From Alphaproteobacteria bacterium (GTDB lineage: Bacteria; Pseudomonadota; Alphaproteobacteria; Rhodobacterales; Rhodobacteraceae), in contig JAUIDM010000001.1 in assembly GCA_030428915.1 (NCBI GenBank), forward strand, positions 1 through 62,326: a stretch of DNA of 62,326 bases, in the 5' to 3' direction. The notes under the pieces were generated by a model. The model was not told the origin of the DNA. It did not search any database and was given only the letters and a program-made list of their open reading frames with translations. Shown here in pieces: positions 54,678 to 62,326 of the stretch (its first letter is position 1; each line of letters begins with the position of its first letter). The position numbers were made by a program, and so were the translations under genes.

Positions 54678-55571
54678 ATGACGAAACGCGATGCACGCCC
54701 TTGGGTCGTAGCCTTCGGGGACAACGTGGTGGATTGCTACGCCGACCGTGGCGAGATGTATCCAGGCGGCAACACGCTCAACCTCAGCGTCTTCGTTCGC
54801 CGCGCCGGAGCACGCGCGAGCTATGTCGGGGCTGTCGCTGACGACGCCGCCGGGCGGCACATCCGCGACAGTCTTGTTGCTGAGGATGTGGATGTCTCCC
54901 GCCTGAGAACGCTTCCCGGTAGCACCGCCTTTTGCGTCATCGGCAGCCGCGAGGGAGAGAGGGAGTTTCTCGGGGCGGATCTGGGCGTGTCGATGATTGC
55001 GCCGGAGGCCGCCGATCTGGAGCTGATTTCTGAGGCGGACGCTGTACATACGGGACGTTCCAGCCACCCCGACCACTTTGTGGCCGAGTTCGCCGCGCGC
55101 ACGAAGCTCTCCTTCGATTTTGCCGTGATCCGCGATGCCGCCCGGATCTCACGGATTGCGCCGCTCTGCTTTCTAGCAAGCTTTTCCGGCGGCGACCTGA
55201 CGGCAGAAGAAGCCGAGGCATTGTTGTTGCAGGCGCGCGCCGCCGGGGCGACTTGGGTTCTTGTGACGCGCGGTGAAGAGGGTGCTCTTCTGGCCGGCCC
55301 GGAGGGCCGCTATGCGACCCCGGCCGCGCCTGCGGTGCTGACCGATACGCTTGGCGCGGGCGATACCTTCATCGCCCGCACGCTGCTGGGCCTTTTGCGG
55401 AAGGAATTTCCTGAGAGCGTCCTCACATCTGCGGCGAAAATGGCGGCGGAGACATGCAGCCAGCGCGGTGCCTTCGGGCATCCGGCGCCGCTCGACGTGG
55501 ACCAGTCCCTCGCCAAGCCACTTTCGGATATCTATCGCGTCGAAGAAGCGGAAGAAACCGCCCGCGCCTGA
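54678..55571 (+). CDS. frlD: Fructosamine kinase (PfkB family)
   Basis: GDNVVD.Y...YPGGNTLN, DTLGAGDTF. Confidence 0.88.
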   Translation: MTKRDARPWVVAFGDNVVDCYADRGEMYPGGNTLNLSVFVRRAGARASYVGAVADDAAGRHIRDSLVAEDVDVSRLRTLPGSTAFCVIGSREGEREFLGADLGVSMIAPEAADLELISEADAVHTGRSSHPDHFVAEFAARTKLSFDFAVIRDAARISRIAPLCFLASFSGGDLTAEEAEALLLQARAAGATWVLVTRGEEGALLAGPEGRYATPAAPAVLTDTLGAGDTFIARTLLGLLRKEFPESVLTSAAKMAAETCSQRGAFGHPAPLDVDQSLAKPLSDIYRVEEAEETARA

Positions 55572-55710
55572 CGTTTGAAACCCTCTGACGCCCGGCGCCC
55601 ACGCCCTTGGCGCGGGGCGACGCCGATGCGCTTCCTTTGCTGAACTGGTTCGACGGCACGAAAACGGCCCCGGCATGGCCTTGCGAAGGGCCGCCGGCTG
55701 CGAAGCCCGC

Positions 55711-56484
55711 TCAGGCGGTTTCGAGCACGCGGGAAAGAAAGGCGCGAGTACGGTCCTCTTGCGGTTTGGCGAGCACCTCGCGCGGGTTGCCCTGTTCCAC
55801 GATCACGCCGCCGTCCATGAAGATGAGGTGCTCGGCCACGTCACGGGCAAAGCTCATCTCATGCGTGACGACGACCATGGTGGTGCCTTCCCGCGCAAGC
55901 GCGCGCATCACCGACAGAACCTCGCCGATCAGCTCCGGGTCGAGTGCCGAGGTCGGCTCGTCGAAGAGCACAAGTTCCGGCTCCATGGCCAGCGCGCGGG
56001 CGATGGCGCAGCGCTGCTGCTGCCCGCCGGAAAGCTGGTGCGGATAGTGCCCGGCGCGGTCGACAAGTCCCACCTTGGCCAGAAGTTCCATCGCTTCGGC
56101 CTCGGCGCGCGCACGGGGGATGCCCGAGACGGTCATCGGCGCCTCGATCACGTTTTGCAGCGCGGTCAGGTGCGGAAAGAGGTGAAAGCCCTGAAAGACC
56201 ATCCCCATCTTCTGACGCTGCCGGGCCAGTTCGTTAAATGTCATCTCGAACAGCTGCGTGCCCTTCCAGCGCAGGCCGACCGGCTCTCCGTTGAGAAAGA
56301 CCACGCCGGAACTGGGTTTTTCCAGATGATTGAGGCAGCGGAGCAGCGTAGATTTGCCCGAGCCGGAGGGGCCGACGATGCAGGTCACGTCACCGCGATG
56401 CACTTCCATGTCGATGCCGGAAAGCACCTCATGGCCGCCAAAGCTCTTGCGCAGCCGTTCGACTTTCAAAAGCGGCGTGGTCAT
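55711..56484 (-). CDS. Polar amino-acid ABC transporter ATPase
   Basis: [27 protein letters not shown]. Confidence 0.95.
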   Translation of the reverse strand: MTTPLLKVERLRKSFGGHEVLSGIDMEVHRGDVTCIVGPSGSGKSTLLRCLNHLEKPSSGVVFLNGEPVGLRWKGTQLFEMTFNELARQRQKMGMVFQGFHLFPHLTALQNVIEAPMTVSGIPRARAEAEAMELLAKVGLVDRAGHYPHQLSGGQQQRCAIARALAMEPELVLFDEPTSALDPELIGEVLSVMRALAREGTTMVVVTHEMSFARDVAEHLIFMDGGVIVEQGNPREVLAKPQEDRTRAFLSRVLETA

Positions 56485-57419
56485 GCGGGATCCTCCTTGC
56501 GGCGCATTGCGAAGGGTGCCCGGAGATTACTCATGAACGCCTGGGAAAGACTGCGCCGGCGGTGAGTCACATCGAAATGCGCCTCGACCGCATGTTCGAT
56601 GAGCGTAAATGCGGTGGTCAGGACGAGGTACCAGATGGTCGCCACGATCAGCAGCGGGATCGTCTGGTAAGTCCGGGCATAGATCATCTGCGCCGAGTAA
56701 AGCAGGTCAGGCAGGGCCAGGATGCTGACCAGGCTGGAAAACTTCAGCATCGAGATGGTGTCGTTGCCAATCGGCGGGATCACAATGCGCAAGGCTTGCG
56801 GCAGGACGATCCGACGCAGCGATTGCCAGCGGGTCATCCCCAGCGTGGCGCAGGCCTCGGTCTGGCCGGTGCTGACGGCGCGAATGCCCGCACGCAGCAT
56901 CTCGGCGGCATAGGCGCTTTCGGTGAAGGCAAGCCCCATGATCGCGGCGCTGAAAGGGGTGATCAGGTCGTTGACATCCCAGTCGACCAGCGTCGGACCA
57001 AAAGGCAGCGCGATGGTGATCCGGGGGATCAGCAGGGCCATATTGTACCAGAAAATCAGCTGGACCAGCGGCGGCACGCCGCGAAAGAACCAGATCCAGG
57101 CCCAAGCGGCCGACAGAAACACCCGCGAAGAGCTAAGCCGCATCACTGCCAGGATCACACCGATGAACAGTCCAAGGATCATCGCCACCGAGGTGAGTAT
57201 GAGCGTGACGCCGAGACCACGCAGGATGTCGGGCGAGAACAGGTACTCGAACACCACGGCCCACTGCATGTTGGCGTTGCTGACAAGCAGTTCGACGAAC
57301 AGCAGGGCAACGACGATAAGCGCGACACCGCCCAGCCATTGGCCAAGACGGCGGACGGGGACGGGCTTGACCGCGTGAATGTCGCGGACCGGGCCGGGGT
57401 CGGGTTTGGTGTCGGGCAT
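56481..57419 (-). CDS. Polar amino-acid ABC permease
   Basis: [19 protein letters not shown]...GQTEA..LG, LPQA. Confidence 0.95.
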   Translation of the reverse strand: MPDTKPDPGPVRDIHAVKPVPVRRLGQWLGGVALIVVALLFVELLVSNANMQWAVVFEYLFSPDILRGLGVTLILTSVAMILGLFIGVILAVMRLSSSRVFLSAAWAWIWFFRGVPPLVQLIFWYNMALLIPRITIALPFGPTLVDWDVNDLITPFSAAIMGLAFTESAYAAEMLRAGIRAVSTGQTEACATLGMTRWQSLRRIVLPQALRIVIPPIGNDTISMLKFSSLVSILALPDLLYSAQMIYARTYQTIPLLIVATIWYLVLTTAFTLIEHAVEAHFDVTHRRRSLSQAFMSNLRAPFAMRRKEDPA

Positions 57420-57467
57420 GGCGTCTTCCGGATCGGGCGCCGTGCGAAGGCGCGGCGGAAACATCGC

Positions 57468-57490
57468 CCCGGCGCGGCAGCCGCGCCGGG
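57468..57490. repeat. Intergenic hairpin after the SBP gene (mRNA stabilising or attenuating)
   Basis: CCCGGCGCGG-CAG-CCGCGCCGGG. Confidence 0.6.
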
Positions 57491-57507
57491 AAGCTGGGCA
57501 GACCCTG

Positions 57508-58377
57508 CTACGGTGCCGGATTGGCCTCGGTGATTAGCAGCGCCTTGGTGAGCATCGAGTCGTTGTCGAGCCCCCAGGCTGCCATGATCTCTTCATAGGT
57601 GCCATCGTCGATCAGTGCCTGGATCGCAGCGGTCAGCAAGGGGCCGAGTTCGCTGTCCTTCGGCACACCGATGCAGGAATTGGTCGCAGCGGCCTCAAGT
57701 CCGCCGACGGCGAAGACCGGGTTCTTCTGGGCCATATAGGCAAGCTTGGCCCGCGCGGCGGCGGTCATCTCGACCCGGCCCGACTGCACGGCCAGTTCCG
57801 CGGCGGACTGGGTGGAAAAGGTCTGGATGTCGATCAGCTCCAACCCGGCGGCGGCGCAGGTTTCCTTGTTCATTTTTTCCAGCAGGTCGTGATCCCACGA
57901 GCCGTTGATGATCGCTGCCGAGTGGCCGCAGACATCCTCGGGCTTTTCTATTTCCAGACCGGAGGAGGCAAGGAAGGCAACGCCGGTGCCGGCCATGCGC
58001 TGCGACACGAAGTCGAGCGATTTCAGGCGTTCGGGGGTTGACCCCATGGAGGAGAACGCGGCGTCGAAACGACCCGATATCAGGCCGGGGATGATCGCGT
58101 CCCAACCGATGGGGATGTAGTTGAAGGTCACGCCAAGGCGGTCGGAGATCGCCCGCGATAGCTCGACGCTCCAGCCCTTCAACTCGCCATCCTCGACGAA
58201 TTCGTCGGGCGCCCAGTCGTTGAAGACAGCGACGTTGATCCCTTTGTTGATGAATTCCTGAGGCACCTGCGCGTGCAATTCCTCGATCACGGCGGCCCCG
58301 GCAGGCAGGGCGCTCATCAGCGCGGCGGAGATGGCGAGGATTGGAAGCAGGCGGGTCTTGACTGGGTTGGCGGTCAT
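57508..58377 (-). CDS. Amino-acid ABC substrate-binding protein (family 3)
   Basis: Signal peptide; WDAIIPGLISGRFD, TPERLKSLDF. Confidence 0.92.
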   Translation of the reverse strand: MTANPVKTRLLPILAISAALMSALPAGAAVIEELHAQVPQEFINKGINVAVFNDWAPDEFVEDGELKGWSVELSRAISDRLGVTFNYIPIGWDAIIPGLISGRFDAAFSSMGSTPERLKSLDFVSQRMAGTGVAFLASSGLEIEKPEDVCGHSAAIINGSWDHDLLEKMNKETCAAAGLELIDIQTFSTQSAAELAVQSGRVEMTAAARAKLAYMAQKNPVFAVGGLEAAATNSCIGVPKDSELGPLLTAAIQALIDDGTYEEIMAAWGLDNDSMLTKALLITEANPAP

Positions 58378-58430
58378 GTCGGTGTTCCCTGTGGCAAATC
58401 CGTTGGACGGCGTGGTTCTGCGCGTATTTA

Positions 58431-58444
58431 TGTGAACGTTCTCA
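58431..58444. promoter_or_regulatory. LacI-type operator between SBP and lacI
   Basis: TGTGAACGTTCTCA. Confidence 0.7.
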
Positions 58445-58531
58445 CATGAATCCACAAGTTCGGATTGCGGTCAAGTGATCTGCGCGGCATCATGAGGGGC
58501 AGACGAAATTTTGCGCAAGGATCGCGACGGC

Positions 58532-59650
58532 ATGCGGAAGGCGACAACGACTATCGCGGATGTCGCCCGGCGGGCGAATGTCAGCACCGCGACGGCCGGA
58601 CGGGTGCTTGGGAATTACGGTTATGCCAGCGAGGCCGTCCGCAAGAAGGTGCAGAAGGCAGCGCATGAACTTGGCTATCGCCCCAATCACCTCGCCCGCA
58701 GCCTGATCCGCGGCGAGACGCGCACCATCGGCGTGGTGATCGGCGATATTCAAAGCCCGTTCTATGCGCGTATCATCCGCGGCATTTCCGATGTCGCCCA
58801 ATCGTCCGAAATTGGTCTGATCATCACGAATAGCGACGAAGTTGTTGATCTTGAAAGAAAATCGGTCGAACTTCTGATGGACAAGAAAGTCGATGGCATG
58901 ATCGTCTCCCCCTGTGACACGATCAATGCCGCGCATCTGCGTGCCGCCCATGAGGCAGGTGTTCCGATGGTGCTGATTGATCGCCGGGTGCGCGGCCTTG
59001 ATGTCGATTCGATCAGTCTCGACAATGTCGGCAGCGCCCGCGCGGGGGTGGCGGATCTCTTGCGTGCCGGGCACCGGCGGATCGCCCTGGTCGCAGAGTT
59101 GGCGGGCACTGGAGGCATGACGCTTGATCGCATCATGACGACCAGCCCGCCGGGGCCACCGGACATCCATTTCCACTATCCGAGCTGGCAGCGGTTGCTG
59201 GGCTATCTTCTGGCCCACCACGATGCCGGCATAGCCCCGCAGCCCGAGATGATATGTCAGGTAAAGAGCTATTCCGCCAAGGTTGCGGCAGAGAAGGCGG
59301 TCAAGATTCTCAGGTCCGATGCGCCTCCAACCGCGATTTTCACGGCTGACGGTGTCATGTCCGCAGGCGTCATGGCGGCGACGAAGGAGGTCGGGGCACG
59401 CATTCCCGACGATATTTCGCTTCTGTGTTTCGACGATATGGACTGGATGGAGTTCATGGTTCCGGGCATCGACGCGATCTCGCAACCCCGTATGCAGATG
59501 GGCCAAATGGCTGCCCGGCTACTGATGGAACAGATCTCCCAGCCCGACGCCGAGCCGCGGGTCATGGAGATGGTGCCGCGTCACATACAGCGCGGGTCAA
59601 TTCGTGCGCTTTTGCCGCGCGAGGAGGGCCGCGGCGGCGCCGCCCTCTGA
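58532..59650 (+). CDS. LacI-family regulator
   Basis: TIADVARRANVSTATAGRVL, LGYRPN..ARSL, IPDDISL..FDD. Confidence 0.95.
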   Translation: MRKATTTIADVARRANVSTATAGRVLGNYGYASEAVRKKVQKAAHELGYRPNHLARSLIRGETRTIGVVIGDIQSPFYARIIRGISDVAQSSEIGLIITNSDEVVDLERKSVELLMDKKVDGMIVSPCDTINAAHLRAAHEAGVPMVLIDRRVRGLDVDSISLDNVGSARAGVADLLRAGHRRIALVAELAGTGGMTLDRIMTTSPPGPPDIHFHYPSWQRLLGYLLAHHDAGIAPQPEMICQVKSYSAKVAAEKAVKILRSDAPPTAIFTADGVMSAGVMAATKEVGARIPDDISLLCFDDMDWMEFMVPGIDAISQPRMQMGQMAARLLMEQISQPDAEPRVMEMVPRHIQRGSIRALLPREEGRGGAAL

Positions 59651-59671
59651 CAGAAGACTTGATCTCCGAGA

Positions 59672-59683
59672 GAGAACGTTCTC
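59672..59683. promoter_or_regulatory. LacI-type operator upstream of the FAD oxidoreductase
   Basis: Perfect palindrome GAGAACGTTCTC. Confidence 0.7.
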
Positions 59684-59712
59684 ATTATCTGACGAAAATC
59701 TCGGATGGATCC

Positions 59713-61236
59713 ATGGACACACGCAACCGGAACTTCGACGTGCTGGTGATCGGCGGCGGGATTTCCGGTGCCGCGAGCGCGGCCGCGCTTGCGCAGGCCG
59801 GATACAACGTGGCGCTTGTCGAGCAGAGAGATTTCGCCGCGGCTACCTCCGGCCGGACCAGCCGTTTACAGTATTTCGGCCTGTCCTGGCTTGAAGGATT
59901 TCAGGATCTCCCGCAGATCCTGAAACGCCCCGGCGCATTCCTTCGCGCGCTGCATCAGGCCCGGCTGTCGCTAAAGGGGCGGTCGCAGTTCCTGCGCCGC
60001 GCGCCGCACCGATTGACCCCTCTTGAGTTCTTCATTCCAGAGGCCCCGGACGTGGGGCTTTCGCTGGGCAAGCTCAAACTCGCGATGCGGATGATGCAGG
60101 GGCTCGATCCGTTTGGCGCCGGCGTGCAATGGCGCGTCGCAAGCGCCGAGGAGGCGTCGCGGTTTCCCACCGAGACCGGGCGCGCCGCGCAGCGCCGGGG
60201 CATCGTCTATACCGATTATCAATATGCCTGGCCCGAGGCGGTGGTTCTCGACCGCGTGGCCGAGTTGCGCGCCGCCGGCGGCGTGGCGCTCAATCATACC
60301 TCCGTCACCGCGCTTGCCCCTTCCGGGACCGGCTGGACCGTTTCGCTATCCACGCGCAGAGCGGGCGTGCCGGACGTTCTGCACGCCCGGGCGGTGGTCA
60401 ACTGCGCGGGCATCTGGGCGGATGCGCTTGCGCAGGGGATCGGCGTGCCCAAGCTCGCGGCGGGCGAGAAGGGGTCAAACCTCTGCGTCAGGCTGCCCGA
60501 CGCCTATCTCGGGCGCGGGATGCAGGGCGTTTCGGAATACGGAGACCCGTTCTACGTCATCCCGTGGGGAGAGCTGCATTATCTCGGCCCGATCGAGGCG
60601 AAGACCGATGACGAGCGCGCCGCATATGATACGCCGACCGACAGCGAGGTCCGCCGCCTTCTGGCGGAGGCGAGGCGGCAGATGCCCGGTCTCGATCCCT
60701 CGGAGATCGAAGCCCTTTTCGTCTGGTCCGGGACCCGCCCCCGCAGCCGAGACAGGAACGGAACCCCCAGCGGCAAGCTGCGCGTGCTCGGACCCGGGCG
60801 GACCGGGCAGCGGCATTACTTTGCTGTGACGGCGGGTTTGCTGATGCTTCAGGTCGAGCTCGGCCGCCGGGTGCTGGACGCGGTCTGCGCCGACCTCGGC
60901 ACACCAAACGCGCGGCGTTCCGTTCCGCCCGGTCTGCGGGGCGAGCGGCCGGGTGTGCCCGATGCGGCGGCCGTCGCGCGTATGGTACGCGAAGGAGCGA
61001 TGGAACTGGACGACGTGATGTTCCGGCGCACCGCTCTGGGCTGGGGCGCGGATATGGGCGTCGGGTCGGTGGACGGGGTGGCATCGGCCATGGCCGCCGA
61101 GCTGGGCTGGTCGCCTGCTGACACCAGAGAACGAGTCGCCTCCTATCGCGCAAACCTCGCAAAGACGTTCCGCTTCGGCCGTTTGGGGGCACCGGACGGT
61201 TACGACGGTCAAGGCCCCGCGCAACCTCACATTTGA
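59713..61236 (+). CDS. GlpD/EryB-like FAD-dependent oxidoreductase
   Basis: DVLVIGGGISG, DFAAATSGRTSRL, VNCAGIWAD, WSGTRP, DDVMFRRT. Confidence 0.88.
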   Translation: MDTRNRNFDVLVIGGGISGAASAAALAQAGYNVALVEQRDFAAATSGRTSRLQYFGLSWLEGFQDLPQILKRPGAFLRALHQARLSLKGRSQFLRRAPHRLTPLEFFIPEAPDVGLSLGKLKLAMRMMQGLDPFGAGVQWRVASAEEASRFPTETGRAAQRRGIVYTDYQYAWPEAVVLDRVAELRAAGGVALNHTSVTALAPSGTGWTVSLSTRRAGVPDVLHARAVVNCAGIWADALAQGIGVPKLAAGEKGSNLCVRLPDAYLGRGMQGVSEYGDPFYVIPWGELHYLGPIEAKTDDERAAYDTPTDSEVRRLLAEARRQMPGLDPSEIEALFVWSGTRPRSRDRNGTPSGKLRVLGPGRTGQRHYFAVTAGLLMLQVELGRRVLDAVCADLGTPNARRSVPPGLRGERPGVPDAAAVARMVREGAMELDDVMFRRTALGWGADMGVGSVDGVASAMAAELGWSPADTRERVASYRANLAKTFRFGRLGAPDGYDGQGPAQPHI

Positions 61237-61304
61237 CCGCACCACAGGATCGCCGCTTGTCTTGGGTGTTCCGTCTAGGCCGGGCGGGTCACGTTCCCAG
61301 CGCC

Positions 61305-61670
61305 TCACGCAAGGACCGCGCGGCCGAGGTCTGGTTTTTCAGATTCAGTGATGACAGCAGGTCCAGCAGATGGTTCTTCATCAATTCTTAGGCAGCCGGA
61401 CCATCCTGGCGCGCCAGCGCCTCCATTAACGGCTATGGCCAAAAGAGTTTCGGTAAGAAGCTCCGGCTGGTCGACCATCACGTCATGACCAGCCTCGATT
61501 TGTACAAATTCGAATCCACCATCCTTTGCCACGTTGTCCCGTGACCTCTGGAAGATATCGGCGATCGTGCTAACGGAACATTGCACATATGTGCGATCCG
61601 GCAGGGGTCCAGCGTAATTGACCGGTTGAGCATGTGTGGCAAAGGGATGCGGTGTCAGCAAACTATTCAC
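61305..61670 (-). pseudogene. C-terminal fragment of an alpha/beta-hydrolase (esterase)
   Basis: LTPHP...RTYVQC...AGHDVMVDQPE; the N-terminal nucleophile half is absent. Confidence 0.65.
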
Positions 61671-61679
61671 CCACTTCCG

Positions 61680-62326
61680 CTAGTGCTGGGCCGGTCCGTT
61701 CAGGCGTTCTCCGGCTTCATCGAAAAGATGCAGCGTGGAAGGGTTTGCCGCGAGCGCGATCTGGTCTCCGCGCCGCAACGTCAGGTTCCCCGAAAGCTTC
61801 GCGATGACCGGCCTGTCCAGAAGGTCGATGTCGACATGAACAAGCTGGACTTCGCCCAGGTGCTCGATGTGTGCGATCGCTCCGGTGAAGAGAGGCGTTC
61901 CGTCGCCGGCAACGGCCAGATCTTCGGGACGCACACCGAGTTGCACGCGGTGTCCCTTGGGAATCTCGGACCCAACAAAGAGCTCGGCGCATTGTCCGCC
62001 TGCATGTGCAACGGTAACGCAGCCATCAGCCACAGCCGCGACATCGCCCGGCACGATATTCATTGCGGGCGAACCGATAAACTGAGCGACAAAGACGTTT
62101 CTCGGGTTTCGGTAGAGATCCTGGGGGCTACCCACCTGTTCGATTCCACCATCCTTCAACACAACGATCCTGTCGGCCAGGGTCATCGCCTCGACCTGGT
62201 CATGGGTGACATAGATCATTGTCGTTGACGGCATCGACTGCTTCAACTTGGCGATTTCGATACGCGTTGCGACGCGAAGTGCTGCGTCGAGGTTGGACAG
62301 GGGTTCGTCGAACAGGAATATCCGCG
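61680..62326 (-). CDS. Sugar ABC transporter ATPase (MalK/UgpC-like), 5' part outside window
   Basis: [51 protein letters not shown]. Confidence 0.93.
   Translation of the reverse strand, partial: RIFLFDEPLSNLDAALRVATRIEIAKLKQSMPSTTMIYVTHDQVEAMTLADRIVVLKDGGIEQVGSPQDLYRNPRNVFVAQFIGSPAMNIVPGDVAAVADGCVTVAHAGGQCAELFVGSEIPKGHRVQLGVRPEDLAVAGDGTPLFTGAIAHIEHLGEVQLVHVDIDLLDRPVIAKLSGNLTLRRGDQIALAANPSTLHLFDEAGERLNGPAQH

Overview
This is a GC-rich, alphaproteobacterial (Rhodobacteraceae-like) conjugative-element backbone followed by a catabolic island. The region 0.3-5.5 kb is an orphan virB1-B4 module preceded by a TrbM/KikA-like gene. From 5.6-9.6 kb lie the conjugation regulators rcgA-rcgR and an Xre/MbcA-RES toxin-antitoxin pair. 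From 9.8-23.5 kb is a second, complete virB operon that includes a VirB5-like protein with an inserted lytic transglycosylase domain. A HicA-like/HTH pair, virD4, a VirD2-type relaxase, mobC and a candidate oriT follow at 23.8-29.7 kb. From 30-49.3 kb is a typical leading region, mostly on the minus strand (DUF2493, RadC, PAPS-reductase-like, DUF736, DUF6915/6878, MTase-strawberry-notch helicase, ParB, DUF3768, ArdC), with large hairpins and a repeated upstream motif. An oppositely oriented wHTH-DUF3800 cassette sits inside it, faced by a structured ~120-nt ncRNA with its own promoter and terminator; this is the best candidate for an undescribed system. Two miniature ISKra4-derived elements bracket 34-51700, and ggt is frameshifted. 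From 51.8-61.2 kb is an Amadori/opine-type catabolic cluster (OCD-like, GntR, frlB, frlD, amino-acid ABC transporter, LacI, GlpD-like) with three LacI-type operators. No rRNA, tRNA, CRISPR array, integrase or repABC was seen. Family assignments come from motif recognition and recall, not database searches.
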